DNA of 64,000 nucleotides from an uncultured Verrucomicrobiae bacterium (GCA_963762565.1 CAVXLD010000007.1:288001-352000), one strand, 5' to 3'. Shown: positions 41,900-52,755, numbered from the stretch's first letter. Program-made: numbers and translations. The notes: a model not told the origin generated them from the letters alone.

Positions 41900-42439
41900 G
41901 TGACTATGAATCTTTTGGTACCTCCTCTCCTCGAAGGACGCACAACGACCACGTCTCACCGGTTAGTCCGTCAGCAAAAAAGATTGTTACGGATACGCGC
42001 TGCCCTATTACAACGGATTAAGCGCCTGACTCAGGACGCCGCTGAAGACACGCCGGGATATAGTATCCACATGGCTGACGCAGCAACCGACAGCTTTGAC
42101 CGTGACCTTACGCTCGGCTTGGCGTCGTTCGAGCAAGAGGCTCTTTACGAAGTTGACGCCGCCTTAAACCGGATAGCGGACGGGACCTACGGAGTTTGTG
42201 AACTAACCGGGCAGCCCATTCCCTGGATACGGTTGGAAGCTGTTCCCTGGACCCGGTTTTCCGTTGAAGCTGAGGCAAAACTGGAGGCCGGCACCCACCC
42301 TCATATCGGCCTGCTCGGAACCGTGCAGCCAGTTAGTGAAGAGGCTGTTGAAGCCCTTTCCAGCCAAAACGTTGAACCGTTGTTGGGAGAATTTATAGGC
42401 GGGCTTTCTAATCGCCGGGTTAGCGATGAAGATTCGTAA
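41900..42439 (+). CDS. TraR/DksA family protein
   Basis: HMADAATD coiled-coil tip, AL.RI..GTYGVCELTG..RLEAVPW. Confidence 0.85.
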   Translation: MTMNLLVPPLLEGRTTTTSHRLVRQQKRLLRIRAALLQRIKRLTQDAAEDTPGYSIHMADAATDSFDRDLTLGLASFEQEALYEVDAALNRIADGTYGVCELTGQPIPWIRLEAVPWTRFSVEAEAKLEAGTHPHIGLLGTVQPVSEEAVEALSSQNVEPLLGEFIGGLSNRRVSDEDS

Positions 42440-42457
42440 TAACCTGAGGTAATTCTT

Positions 42458-42946
42458 ATGAAGACACTTTTCACTGCGGAACCAAGATCCTATTTTTCGC
42501 TGGCCGCGCGAAGAAACATTTTTAGCGAGATCTTGGTTCCGACCGATTTTTCGACCCGATCAAACCGGGCGGTGGACTATGCTGTCGAGTTAGCGAGAGG
42601 ATTAGCATCGCATCTGACTTTGTTACATGTTGTTCCGGCGCCATTCGCGCTCGACTACACGTTGGGCGGCATCCCGAATGGAGAGTGGGAAATGGTCCGA
42701 CAGCTAGCAGATCGGAAGCTGGAAGCGGCTCTCCAGCGAGCCAGAATCAGATATGAAAAAGTCGATACCTTGGTTCGAACTGGCTCCGATCTACATGAGG
42801 AAATTGTAGACGCCGTGATGGAAGTACAGGCGAAGCTGATCGTGCTCTCGAGTCACGGATACAAGGGCTGGAAGCACGTTCTGTTCGGCAATGACGCAGA
42901 TGATTTATTGCTGGAGGTCCCTTGTCCCGCCCTGGTAATTCGTTAG
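42458..42946 (+). CDS. Universal stress protein
   Basis: ILVPTDFS, LTLLHV, SSHGYKG..LFG, PCPALV. Confidence 0.9.
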   Translation: MKTLFTAEPRSYFSLAARRNIFSEILVPTDFSTRSNRAVDYAVELARGLASHLTLLHVVPAPFALDYTLGGIPNGEWEMVRQLADRKLEAALQRARIRYEKVDTLVRTGSDLHEEIVDAVMEVQAKLIVLSSHGYKGWKHVLFGNDADDLLLEVPCPALVIR

Positions 42947-43285
42947 ATGAGACTACCCGAAGCAGCGCAAACCAAATCGTCCTCCCGCCGTCGTCCAACA
43001 ACTTTCCCCGGGCATTGAATTGTTGGCGGACTATGGCGGGCAGGCTGTCCTTCGTCGTCGTCCTCGTCCTCGAAAACAAGTTTCTTCCCAGGATTTCCTA
43101 ACTCCCTAGAAATCGATTCTGCCAAGGCGCATTAGGAGTTAAGAAAGCCAGCGGCTCGACTGAAGGTCACCGAAGTCCTGCCCAACGTAGCTTTTGTTCC
43201 GTCGTTCTAGAGATCTCCGTTGCCTTTGTTCAAATCCGTCTTTGTCTTAACTCTGTGTGTCTTGGTGCCGAGTTTGGGAATTGGG

Positions 43286-43798
43286 CTAATTCCCGAATCG
43301 CTCCACACCGGCGTTCCACCATTCCTGAACGCGAGCCACTATTTCTGGCACGATGGCTTCGACCCTCGGACTCAGCTCTCGGCCGCAGTCAAACGAACTA
43401 CCAGCCACGGAGATCAATAGAGCCTTGGGGCTAGCGCCGTACATGGCCTGCGCATAACTCAGCAGATTCATCGCTGTGAAATAGTGGGTGTATGCGTCCA
43501 CCGGCTTCGGATCTGGATGAATGGTTTCGCAGGTCCAACTCCCGGGTTGCCCTTCGTAGCACGCATCGATGAAGATAACCAAGTTAGCCTCGCTGATCGG
43601 TTCCGCGAGTTCGGGTGTCAGTTGGTGCACCGCCAACACCTTGGTCGAGTCGCCGGCGAGCTTAGCCAGTTGATCAACCACTTGCCAGCCGATACCGTCA
43701 TCTCCACGTAGCGGGTTACCATACCCAATGATCAGCACTCCGGAGGGCGGTTCTCGCTTAGCTAGAGTTTCCGGCTTGTCAGTTGCGTTTGATTTCAT
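43286..43798 (-). CDS. hoxW: Hydrogenase maturation protease
   Basis: [25 protein letters not shown]; directly after hoxH. Confidence 0.88.
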   Translation of the reverse strand: MKSNATDKPETLAKREPPSGVLIIGYGNPLRGDDGIGWQVVDQLAKLAGDSTKVLAVHQLTPELAEPISEANLVIFIDACYEGQPGSWTCETIHPDPKPVDAYTHYFTAMNLLSYAQAMYGASPKALLISVAGSSFDCGRELSPRVEAIVPEIVARVQEWWNAGVERFGN

Positions 43799-45266
43799 CC
43801 AGTACTTCCTTCCCAGGTCCGAGGAGTTGGATATGAAGCGGCATTCGACCGATCGCATGCGTCGAACAGCTCAAACAAGGATCGAAACAGCGGATCACGG
43901 CTTCAACCCGGTTAAGCATCCCTTCCTGCAGATGCGTGCCTTTAACATAGTGTTGTGCGACTTGTTTTACGCCGCGGTTCATGGCCAGGTTATTATGCCC
44001 GGTAGCGATGATCAAATTCACCGATTTGATCAATCCATGTTCGTCGATGGTGTAATGATGAAACAGCGTACCGCGGGGCGCTTCGGCAACCCCGACCCCC
44101 TCGAATCGGTTAGGCTCGGCAAAGGCTCGAACGTGTTTATCTAAGATGTCGGGCTCGTGCAAAATCTGTTCAATTCGTTCGATGCCGTACAAGATCTCAA
44201 CCAGCCGGGCGTAGTGCTGATGGAACGAGCTTAAGATTACCCCTCGATCCTGCGCCCGGAATTCGGTCCAGGCCGCGTCCGCCTTTGGTGTGCCGCACCG
44301 ATCGATGATATTCAGGCGAGCCAGCGGTCCCACTCGATAGATCCCATCGGGATAACCCGCCGGTTTGAAATAAGGCGATTTCAGATACGAGAACGGCTCA
44401 ACCGCCTCTGCCAGGTAATCCTGATACCTGGTTGGATCTACTCCATCCAATACGATGTTACCCTCAGCATCCATCATCCGCAGCACCCCATCATAATGTT
44501 CCAGCGCCGCCGCCTGCCTCAGTTCCCGCCCGTTCCCGCCTCCCGCGGCCGCGGGGCTCGGTTCTCGCTCGTTATTTGGAGCGACCAGACCCATGAACAT
44601 GCTGGGAAAATTTCCGAAAATGCGGATCTCATCCTTGAACTGTTCCTGGATGCCTGTATACCAAGCCAAGGTCCGCTCAATCATCGTGACGGCGTCGGGA
44701 AGCATTACCAGGATTCGTTCCCTTTTTTCTTCGGAGAGCGGTTCGCTGACACCACCGGGCACTACCCAGGCCGGATGAATTCGTTTACCGCCCAGCATGG
44801 CAATGATCTCCTGACCAAACTTGCGGAGAGCGATCCCATCCTTGGCGAGTTGTGGATGGGTTTCGATGACCCCGAAAATGTTACGTTTGGCTGGATCGCT
44901 ATCCATGCCAAACAACAAGTCGGGCGATGACAAATGGAAAAAACTCAGGGCATGTGATTGCACGAGTTGCGCCAGGTTCATTATGCGGCGGAGTTTGGCC
45001 GCCGTGGGCGGTATCTCCACCGCCAGGAGCGCGTCGCAGGCCTTGGCCGATGCCATGAGATGACTCACCGGACAGATGCCGCAGATCCTAGCCGTGATTG
45101 CGGGCATCTCGGCGAATGGACGCCCTTCGCAAAATTTTTCGAATCCACGAAATTGGGTGACGTGAAAACGAGCGTCCTGGACTTCACCCGCGTCGTCCAG
45201 CTGGATGGTGATTTTCGAGTGCCCCTCGATGCGAGTAACCGGATCGATAACGATTTCTTTGGCCAT
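43779..45266 (-). CDS. hoxH: Bidirectional [NiFe]-hydrogenase large subunit
   Basis: RIEGH, RICGICP (L1), DPCLSCSTH (L2) plus cleavable C-terminal tail. Confidence 0.95.
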   Translation of the reverse strand: MAKEIVIDPVTRIEGHSKITIQLDDAGEVQDARFHVTQFRGFEKFCEGRPFAEMPAITARICGICPVSHLMASAKACDALLAVEIPPTAAKLRRIMNLAQLVQSHALSFFHLSSPDLLFGMDSDPAKRNIFGVIETHPQLAKDGIALRKFGQEIIAMLGGKRIHPAWVVPGGVSEPLSEEKRERILVMLPDAVTMIERTLAWYTGIQEQFKDEIRIFGNFPSMFMGLVAPNNEREPSPAAAGGGNGRELRQAAALEHYDGVLRMMDAEGNIVLDGVDPTRYQDYLAEAVEPFSYLKSPYFKPAGYPDGIYRVGPLARLNIIDRCGTPKADAAWTEFRAQDRGVILSSFHQHYARLVEILYGIERIEQILHEPDILDKHVRAFAEPNRFEGVGVAEAPRGTLFHHYTIDEHGLIKSVNLIIATGHNNLAMNRGVKQVAQHYVKGTHLQEGMLNRVEAVIRCFDPCLSCSTHAIGRMPLHIQLLGPGKEVLDEIKRN

Positions 45267-45268
45267 GG

Positions 45269-45802
45269 CTAAGCTCCAAATCGGGTGAGACCAGTCAGAT
45301 CAGGTTTCGGTCCGGCTAATAATTGAGTTAGTACAAAATAGATGGTGTCGGCCGAGGGCGGGCACCCCGGGACAAATACGTCCACCGTTACATACTCATG
45401 CACCGGACGAGCCTTGGGTAGCAATGGGGGAACCACCTGTTTCGGCACTTGCCGATTCAGCTGCGCGTTTTCGATGTACGAACGATTCTCCAGATCCCGA
45501 ACCGAAAACCGGTTCCGCATACCGGGTACATTCGAAGTCACCGCGCAGTCTCCCAGTGAGACCAGGATTTTGCTTCGTTGCCGAACCTTCCGGATTTTCT
45601 CCAGATCCTCTTCACTGCTCACGGCCCCTTCGACGAGCACAATATCCACATTCTCCGGATACTCTTTGGTATCGACTAGTGGGCTGTAAACCAGATCAAC
45701 TAACCCGGCCAGCTCAAGCCAGCGTTCATCCATGTCCAGCGCCGACATGTGGCAGCCGGAACAACCATCCAGCCAAATTGTGGCTAGTTTCACTTTGCTC
45801 AT
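45269..45802 (-). CDS. hoxY: Bidirectional hydrogenase small subunit
   Basis: [17 protein letters not shown]. Confidence 0.95.
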   Translation of the reverse strand: MSKVKLATIWLDGCSGCHMSALDMDERWLELAGLVDLVYSPLVDTKEYPENVDIVLVEGAVSSEEDLEKIRKVRQRSKILVSLGDCAVTSNVPGMRNRFSVRDLENRSYIENAQLNRQVPKQVVPPLLPKARPVHEYVTVDVFVPGCPPSADTIYFVLTQLLAGPKPDLTGLTRFGA

Positions 45803-46503
45803 CTTGGTTGTTGGCGCATGAGCGCCAGGTAGGGCAGAAACTCTCGCTGTTTCGCCATCTCAGCCACGGATTTGCCTTTTTCAAAAAGCGCACCAGTAGG
45901 ACAGACTTGGACACACTTCCCGCAACTTGTGCAGGTCTCAGAACTGCCCCATGGCTGATTCAAATCGGTGATCACCCGCGAATTGGTGCCGCGTCCCATT
46001 ACATCCCAAGTGTGAGCCCCTTCAATCTCATCGCAAACCCGAACACACCGGGTGCAAAGGATGCAGCGATTGTGATCGACCACGAAGCGATCATGCGACG
46101 CATCTACCGTCGCTTGGGGATACAGATAGGAGAATCGCACGTGCGTCATTCCGTGCTGCTGAGCCAGGCTCTGTAATTCGCAATGGCCGTTCGAAACGCA
46201 TACTGCGCAAATATGGTTTCGTTCCGCAAACAGCAGCTCCAGAATCATTAGCCGATATTTGCCCAACCGCTCGGTATCAGTCTTCACCTCCATGCCTTCT
46301 GAAACTTTGGTAACGCATGCCGGTAACAGTTTCGCGGAGCCCGCTACTTCCACCAGGCATAATCGGCAGGCGCCGGCTTCGCTTAGCCCTTCTAACCGAC
46401 AGAGTGTGGGAATCTTTATCCCGGCATCAGTCGCTGCCTCGAGGAGCGTTTGTTCATCCTCAGCACTCACATGCTGTTCGTTGATGGTTAACGTTTTAGC
46501 CAT
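45799..46503 (-). CDS. hoxU: Bidirectional hydrogenase diaphorase Fe-S subunit
   Basis: IPTLC, GACRLC, HICAVC..CELQ, CILCTRC, CTSCGKC. Confidence 0.95.
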   Translation of the reverse strand: MAKTLTINEQHVSAEDEQTLLEAATDAGIKIPTLCRLEGLSEAGACRLCLVEVAGSAKLLPACVTKVSEGMEVKTDTERLGKYRLMILELLFAERNHICAVCVSNGHCELQSLAQQHGMTHVRFSYLYPQATVDASHDRFVVDHNRCILCTRCVRVCDEIEGAHTWDVMGRGTNSRVITDLNQPWGSSETCTSCGKCVQVCPTGALFEKGKSVAEMAKQREFLPYLALMRQQPR

Positions 46504-46517
46504 AGCGTGGAAGTGAT

Positions 46518-46718
46518 CAGTAAGCGGTAAGCAGTAAGCGGTAAGCAGTAAGCGGTAAGCGGTAAGCGGTAATAGTGCTTGCGAACACAGGGGCTTGGAC
46601 GCAGGAACGTGTGCTTACTTTGTATAAATAACTTCATTAGAAGTTGGCAGGTTCTTACTGTTGTGATGTTTATTTTTCGAGTAGCTATTGCTTACCGCTT
46701 ACCGCTTACCGCTTACTG
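46518..46718. repeat. Inverted-repeat element with (CRGTAAG)8 / (CTTACYG)4 arms inside the hox operon
   Basis: Units at 46518-46573 and 46691-46718 around an AT-rich spacer. Confidence 0.93.
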
Positions 46719-46720
46719 GT

Positions 46721-48319
46721 TTACTGGTTAGTGTCCTGGAGTAATTCCAGATACTCGTTTCTAAAATAACGGAGGGTACTTAGCACAGGATTTGGGGCGG
46801 TCTGTCCAAGGCCGCAAAGACTGGTGTGTTTAACCAAATCACAGAGCTCTTCTAATTGCTCCAAGTCTTTCAGAGTGCCCCGGCGTTCGACAATCTTGTT
46901 CAAGAGTTCGTACATTTGCACGGTGCCGGCCCGGCAGGGGATACATTTACCGCACGACTCCTCCATGCAGAACTGCATGTAGAAACGAGCCACGTCCACC
47001 ATGTTCGTATGCTCGTCCATGACGACCATGCCGCCTGATCCCATAATCGAGCCTAAGCTCACTAAGGATTCGTAATCGACCGGCGTATCAAAGTGTTCGC
47101 TGGGAATACAACCTCCGGAGGGTCCCCCGGTTTGCACTGCCTTGATTCTAGCTCCATCCGGAGCACCGCCTCCCAGATCTTGAACGATCTCACGAATCGT
47201 TATCCCGATTGGCACTTCAATTAGCCCGGTATTTCGTATCTTTCCGGTCAACGAAAAGACTTTCGTTCCTTTGCTTTTTTCCGTGCCCAATGCGGCGAAC
47301 CATTCTGGCCCTTTGTCCAGAATCGGGACGATGTTCGCATAAGTTTCGACGTTATTAATTAACGTAGGATAACCCCACAGCCCGCTTTGAGCCGGGAAAG
47401 GTGGACGAGGGTGCGGCTGTCCCCGTTTGCCTTCGATCGACGCCATCAGGGCCGTCTCTTCGCCGCAGACAAAAGCGCCGGCGCCGATGCGAAGTTCAAT
47501 ATTGAAATTGAACGGAGATTCAAAGATACCGCTCCCCAGCAAGCCATGATGTTTGGCTTGACGGATCGCGGTTTGCAGGCGGCTGACTGCCAGCGGGTAT
47601 TCAGCACGGACATAGAGGTATGCCTGGTCCGCCCCAACCGCGAAACCGGCGATCGCCATTCCTTCCAGTACCCGATGCGGATCGCTCTCCAGCACGCTGC
47701 GATCCATAAAAGCACCCGGGTCACCCTCGTCGCCGTTGCAGATAACGAATTTGTGCAGGCCCGGAGATTTTGCAACAGTACCCCACTTAAGACCGGTCGG
47801 GTAACCAGCGCCGCCCCGGCCGCGCAAACCGCTTTTGATGACTGCGTCGATCACCTCGGTTGGCTGCATTTCCGACAAAACATGATGCAACGTGCTATAC
47901 CCTCCGGCTTCGATGTAATCCTCGATTCGTTCCGGATCGATGCGTCCGCTGTTGGCGCATACGACCAAGGTTTGACGTCTGAAGAATGGATGGCTCGGGT
48001 CTCCCAGCTCGGCCTCAGCTACGCCGCCGGCGAGCGCCTCCACAATGGACGGAGCGTTCTCCGGAGTGACATATTGGTAAAGCAGGCCGCCCGGTTCTAC
48101 GGTCACCATTGGCCCTTGACCACACGAACCCATACAACCAACCCGCCGGACCTCTACTCGGCTGACCATGCCTTTGTCGGAGACAGCCTGCTGAAGCGTT
48201 TCTTTGATTTCGGCTGCTCGGGAGGACATGCAACCTGCAGCCATACAACAACGAATGCAGATTTCCTTTCGGGCCTGCTTTTCCTTCTCGGCAACCTCTT
48301 GCAATTGTTCAAGGACCAC
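46721..48319 (-). CDS. hoxF: Bidirectional hydrogenase diaphorase subunit (NuoF-like)
   Basis: [41 protein letters not shown]. Confidence 0.95.
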   Translation of the reverse strand: MVLEQLQEVAEKEKQARKEICIRCCMAAGCMSSRAAEIKETLQQAVSDKGMVSRVEVRRVGCMGSCGQGPMVTVEPGGLLYQYVTPENAPSIVEALAGGVAEAELGDPSHPFFRRQTLVVCANSGRIDPERIEDYIEAGGYSTLHHVLSEMQPTEVIDAVIKSGLRGRGGAGYPTGLKWGTVAKSPGLHKFVICNGDEGDPGAFMDRSVLESDPHRVLEGMAIAGFAVGADQAYLYVRAEYPLAVSRLQTAIRQAKHHGLLGSGIFESPFNFNIELRIGAGAFVCGEETALMASIEGKRGQPHPRPPFPAQSGLWGYPTLINNVETYANIVPILDKGPEWFAALGTEKSKGTKVFSLTGKIRNTGLIEVPIGITIREIVQDLGGGAPDGARIKAVQTGGPSGGCIPSEHFDTPVDYESLVSLGSIMGSGGMVVMDEHTNMVDVARFYMQFCMEESCGKCIPCRAGTVQMYELLNKIVERRGTLKDLEQLEELCDLVKHTSLCGLGQTAPNPVLSTLRYFRNEYLELLQDTNQ

Positions 48320-48809
48320 AACCGATGACTCCTTTTAGCTTTTCCACTGCATTGTCCGGTGTCCGATGACCCGCTACCACGCCGTCATAGACCACAGCCG
48401 GTCCGATGGCACAGGCACCGATACATCGAGCCGTCAAAAGCGATAGCTGTTTATCCGGCGTTGTTTCGCCCGACTTAATGCCGCCGAACTTTTCGATAGC
48501 TGCTAGTATCTTGTCAGCGCCTTTGACATAGCAAGCCGTACCCAGGCAGACCACGCAGGCGTGGGCGCCTTGCGGTTTGAGGCTAAAAAAGTTGTAAAAA
48601 GTAGCGACACCGTAGACGCGACTCGGTGGGACACGCAGTGCCTTCGCGACAAAAGTCAGCGCTTCGTGATCCAAATAACCGAACGATTCCTGGACCGTAT
48701 GCAACGTTTCAATCAGCGCGTGGCCTGCATAACCGAGGCGGCGCATCTTCGCATCGACGATTTTCCACCGTTTATCTTGTGATGGGAGAGACTGCTTTAT
48801 CGGTTTCAT
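48309..48809 (-). CDS. hoxE: Bidirectional hydrogenase subunit (NuoE-like)
   Basis: [22 protein letters not shown]. Confidence 0.93.
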   Translation of the reverse strand: MKPIKQSLPSQDKRWKIVDAKMRRLGYAGHALIETLHTVQESFGYLDHEALTFVAKALRVPPSRVYGVATFYNFFSLKPQGAHACVVCLGTACYVKGADKILAAIEKFGGIKSGETTPDKQLSLLTARCIGACAIGPAVVYDGVVAGHRTPDNAVEKLKGVIGCGP

Positions 48810-49024
48810 GGTTTCTGGGTGGGCGATCCTTACGTTTTCTCAGGCATTCCGTAACAACACGTTGCCTGTAAAGTTGGCCCTCGTGCTAACCCGTTGCCCG
48901 GTCATCTTTATGCTTCTTGGGGGAAGTTACCAATGCGCCGCAGATCGCTCTTGGCTTCTAATGGCTAACTATAACCGAGTGTTGTCAAGAGTTTAACCGT
49001 TTCCACAAAATCGACCCGATACTA

Positions 49025-49178
49025 GTGCACCAAGTCAGTGACTGGGGTAGTGGCGCTGCTGCGTTGCTCCTCAGTTACGTATCGATTCAGATATGCTCCT
49101 TCGTCGCGTCCGGCAGCTGTCGGACCGACGGCCCATTTTGATCGCAACGCCGCTACCCCAGTCACTGACTTGGTGCGT
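49025..49178. mobile_element. MITE-like element with about 33-bp terminal inverted repeats, flanked by TA
   Basis: gcaccaagtcagtgactggggtagtggcgctgc (49027-49059) vs its near-perfect complement at 49144-49176; TA at 49023-49024 and 49179-49180. Confidence 0.7.
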
Positions 49179-49339
49179 TAAGCCGAGTCCTTTTCTTGTT
49201 TCCGGTTCATTTGTCAGCTTGGTCTGCCACCCTCGCCGAAAGAAAGGTGGGCAGTACCAGAGCTGGTCAGCAAAAAGCAAAACAGGGCGAGACAACGCGC
49301 TCGTTTTTTGAAATGATCAGGCTACAGAAAGCAGCCCCC

Positions 49340-50542
49340 ATGATTACTCCCCACGTGATCGTGATTGGCGCCGGATCCACAGGATCGGCAACCGCCCACG
49401 ATTTAGCGTTGCGCGGCTTAAGTGTCACCGTCATCGAACGCGGCGAAGTCGCTTTCGGCACGACCGGGCGCAACCATTGTCTGTTGCATTCCGGCGGCCG
49501 CTACTGTGTGACCGACCAGGAATCCGCCATAGAGTGCATCGACGAGAATCTCATTCTGCGGAAGATCATGCCCGATCTTCTCGAATTGAATGACGGTCTT
49601 TTTGTGGCGGTCAGCGAAAGTGATCTTGCGTTCAAGCAAAAATTCCTCGAAGGCTGTGCCGCTTGCCATATCCCAGCCCGCGAGATTACCGTTGCTCACG
49701 CTCTGGCCATTGAGCCATTTCTTAACCCGGCGATTTTGACGGCAGTCCAGATACCGGACGGCGTTTTTGAACCATTCCGGTTTTGTCTGGCCTTTCTGGC
49801 GACCGCCCTCCAAAACGGCGCCACGGTTCGCACTTTTACGGAGGTCACTGATTTTACCTTTTCCAACCGGAACCTATCCGGCGTGAAAATCCACGATCAC
49901 CGGACGGGTAACGATGAAACCCTGGGCGCCGACCTGATTATCAACGCTTCCGGCCCATGGGCTGGAGAAATGGCCGCTAAAGCGGGAGTTCAGGTTCCAG
50001 AGGTGCCGACTGCGGGGGTGATGGTGGCACTGGATTGTCGCTTGAACAACATGGTTATTAATCGCCTCAACAAACCGTCTGACGGCGATATTGTTGTGCC
50101 GCAACGCGCTACTTCGGTGATCGGCACCACCTCCTGGGCGGTCGAAGATCCCGACTTAATTACCATACCGGCCGAGCACGTGGAGCGGATGATTTCCCAA
50201 GGGGAGCAACTATTGCCCGTCGTGAAAAAAGTGCCCATGCGGGCGAAGATGGCAGTTGCTCGGCCGCTCATTGCCACGGCTGGGACGGATGCTCGAGAGT
50301 TAAGCCGCACCTTCGAGTGTTTCGACCATGCTCGTGACGGCGTGAATGGCTTTGTCACGATAACCGGCGGCAAAACCACTACCGCACGCGCGATGGCCGA
50401 GCGCGTCGCCGACATCGTTTGTCAGAAGCTCGGTATCAAGGCGGAGTGTCGGACCCGAGATGTTCCACTTAGTTCTTACCGCTTGTTCTTTGCTAAACAG
50501 AATCTTTTTAAAAAAACGTCCCCGCTGCTGGCCGCAGGCTAA
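49340..50542 (+). CDS. GlpA-like FAD-dependent dehydrogenase (DAO fold) lacking the C-terminal BFD-type Fe-S domain
   Basis: GAGSTG, GTTGRNHCLLHSGGRY, NASGPWA, SDGDIVVP, GGKTTTARAMAE. Confidence 0.85.
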   Translation: MITPHVIVIGAGSTGSATAHDLALRGLSVTVIERGEVAFGTTGRNHCLLHSGGRYCVTDQESAIECIDENLILRKIMPDLLELNDGLFVAVSESDLAFKQKFLEGCAACHIPAREITVAHALAIEPFLNPAILTAVQIPDGVFEPFRFCLAFLATALQNGATVRTFTEVTDFTFSNRNLSGVKIHDHRTGNDETLGADLIINASGPWAGEMAAKAGVQVPEVPTAGVMVALDCRLNNMVINRLNKPSDGDIVVPQRATSVIGTTSWAVEDPDLITIPAEHVERMISQGEQLLPVVKKVPMRAKMAVARPLIATAGTDARELSRTFECFDHARDGVNGFVTITGGKTTTARAMAERVADIVCQKLGIKAECRTRDVPLSSYRLFFAKQNLFKKTSPLLAAG

Positions 50543-50564
50543 CCCGTTTAGGGAGGTATTTCGA

Positions 50565-51335
50565 ATGAACATGCTTAAGGTTCCAATAGAAATCTTCCGC
50601 TATAAGCTAGGGCAGCCGGCTCGTTACGATACTTTCACGATCGAAATCGCAGACACTGCCCATGTGATTGATGCGATTGATATGGTTTGGGCGAAGCATG
50701 ACCCAACTCTAACCTTTCGCCGAGCTTGTCACCATTCGTCGTGTGGTTCTTGTGCGTTGCGGATTAACGGGGTCGAGAAGTTACCCTGCATCGCTCGCAT
50801 AACCGACGTTTGGAATGGTAAAATGCCCGTACGCCTCGAGCCGCTTCGTAATTTCCCGGTTGTCAGCGATCTGGTAGTAGAAGTTGGCTACTTTTTTGAA
50901 CGGATGGCCGCTGCCGGAATGACAATTACCTGCGAAGCCGAAGGCTTCTTGCCATTGACTGTCGACAGCTTTGCTGTGGCTGACGTTCTTCCCAAAACCG
51001 TCGAACTACCGGAGAACCTTTCTCGGTTCAATCGGTTCGAGCAATGCATTGAGTGTGGGATTTGCATGAGCGCTTGCCCAACCATGGCGACCGACGACAA
51101 ATTTCTTGGGCCGGCGGGTCTAGCCGCCATTTATCAGGCTCGACAAAAAACGAATGATCCGGCAACGATTAAACATTTGTTAGGATTAGCCGACGGAGAG
51201 CATGGCGTTTGGCGGTGTCACAGTGCGTTCGAATGCACCGAGGCATGTCCACAAGCCGTTGATCCTGCCTCTAAGATAATGGCTTTGCGCCGCGAGCTCG
51301 CTCTCCGCCGGCTAAGAACGCTGTTCAAAAGATAG
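50565..51335 (+). CDS. SdhB/FrdB-like iron-sulfur subunit
   Basis: CHHSSCGSC..C, CIECGICMSACP, CHSAFECTEACP; GGAGG upstream of ATG 50565. Confidence 0.9.
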   Translation: MNMLKVPIEIFRYKLGQPARYDTFTIEIADTAHVIDAIDMVWAKHDPTLTFRRACHHSSCGSCALRINGVEKLPCIARITDVWNGKMPVRLEPLRNFPVVSDLVVEVGYFFERMAAAGMTITCEAEGFLPLTVDSFAVADVLPKTVELPENLSRFNRFEQCIECGICMSACPTMATDDKFLGPAGLAAIYQARQKTNDPATIKHLLGLADGEHGVWRCHSAFECTEACPQAVDPASKIMALRRELALRRLRTLFKR

Positions 51336-51337
51336 GT

Positions 51338-51727
51338 ATGTCAACGCTCAACTACAGTAAAGCCAAGCGAGCCGCTCGTTGGTTCGATGTGCGTGGGCGG
51401 AAATCCGGGATGTGGGCTTATGCTTTGAATCGTATTACCGGGATTGGTTTGGTTATCTATCTCTATCTTCACTTGGGAGTGTTAAGTACCCTGATAAGGG
51501 GCCAATCAGCCTGGGATTCGTTTGTGGCGCTAGCGCGTTCCCCATTCTATTTGGCGCTCGATGTGATTTTGCTTGCCGGCATATTAATTCATGGCCTTAA
51601 CGGCTTACGCCTGGCCGTGACTGGTTTCGGGTTCAATGTTGGTGCACAAAAAGCTTTCTTCGTTGTCTTAATGATTATCGGCGCAATCATTTTGATAATT
51701 GCCGCTTTGAAGATTTTCCAGGTGTGA
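51338..51727 (+). CDS. SdhC-like cytochrome b556 anchor subunit
   Basis: LNRITG, YLHL, HGLNGLR; three TM helices. Confidence 0.85.
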   Translation: MSTLNYSKAKRAARWFDVRGRKSGMWAYALNRITGIGLVIYLYLHLGVLSTLIRGQSAWDSFVALARSPFYLALDVILLAGILIHGLNGLRLAVTGFGFNVGAQKAFFVVLMIIGAIILIIAALKIFQV

Positions 51728-52092
51728 ATATGACAGAACATTCCTTTGCTGAAGAATCGAAACCTACTGCGGCCTGGCTTTGGCAGGTATTCACCGGGGT
51801 CGGACTTGTAGTCCTGCTTGGGCTGCACATGATCGCTAACCATTTCGTGGCTAAAGGTGGGTTACGCGATTACGCCGCCGTGGTCTCCTACCTCCGGAAC
51901 CCGGTCGTTTTGACGCTTGAAGTACTCTTTCTCATTTGTGTAACCACTCATGCCTTGCTTGGCGTTCGGGCAATTTTTCTCGACTTTGGTCTGAACCAGC
52001 GCGCCGAGAAACGATTGACTAAGATTCTGAACATCGTCGGGGTTCTCACTGTCGGTTACGGGTTAGTGGTGATGTGGTTTGTTATCCGGTAA
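51724..52092 (+). CDS. SdhD-like hydrophobic anchor subunit
   Basis: WLWQVFTG..H, HALLGVRAIFLD; three TM helices. Confidence 0.85.
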   Translation: MNMTEHSFAEESKPTAAWLWQVFTGVGLVVLLGLHMIANHFVAKGGLRDYAAVVSYLRNPVVLTLEVLFLICVTTHALLGVRAIFLDFGLNQRAEKRLTKILNIVGVLTVGYGLVVMWFVIR

Positions 52093-52280
52093 TGTTTGTC
52101 CTCGAGGGACCGAATGAAGGTAGCCAGAAATCGCGGCGAGTCCTTTGCTTCGGGCGACGCAACGGTTCTCATCAGCCTGACGCAGGCAATCCAAGATCGA
52201 TGTTCCACAATCGATGGTTAGTTCGGTCGCAATGCCTCCGTACAATTAGCTCATCAAGTTTATCACCACGGAGCCCATCT

Positions 52281-52754
52281 ATGAAAAGTTTAGTTTCCCA
52301 AGAGCCGGTTACGCACATCCAACCGTTTATTCGGAGGGTCGTAGTCGCAGTCGATTTAACCGCCCGTTCCACCACCACCTCCGAGTATGCAGTCAAGATC
52401 GCTAAATCCTTTGGTGCCTCGCTGCTATTCGTTTACGTCCATCCCATGGAAACTATGTTCAACTTTGTCATGAACGGTGGCTACGATCTGATCGACGAGG
52501 AGCAACTAAATCGGCGATATGCGCTCAGTAACCTGGTGGAAGCGGCCTGCAAAGAATATCCCTTCTGTACCTCCACTTTTTTGGTTGGCGATCCCGCTGA
52601 AGAAGTTGCTAAATATGCCCAAGAGACGGACGCCGATCTAATCGTAGTGGCTAGCCACCATCCGAATGTCCTGGCGAGCTTACTTCATCTCGACCAAGCT
52701 CCCAAGATGATCCATCGAGCGCCGTGTCCGGTGTTGGTTTATCAGACAGAGTGA
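52281..52754 (+). CDS. Universal stress protein
   Basis: VVVAVDLT, GDPAEEV, DLIVVASHHP, APCPVLVY. Confidence 0.9.
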   Translation: MKSLVSQEPVTHIQPFIRRVVVAVDLTARSTTTSEYAVKIAKSFGASLLFVYVHPMETMFNFVMNGGYDLIDEEQLNRRYALSNLVEAACKEYPFCTSTFLVGDPAEEVAKYAQETDADLIVVASHHPNVLASLLHLDQAPKMIHRAPCPVLVYQTE

Positions 52755-52755
52755 A

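Noticed and set aside
47387..48328. Long antisense ORFs (also 7916-8668, 11084-11716, 29884-30552, 45424-46176)
   Set aside because: They are shadows of well-supported genes on the opposite strand and have no recognisable motifs.
50565..52092. Second canonical succinate dehydrogenase
   Set aside because: No SdhA-type flavoprotein in the operon; reported instead as a hybrid complex.
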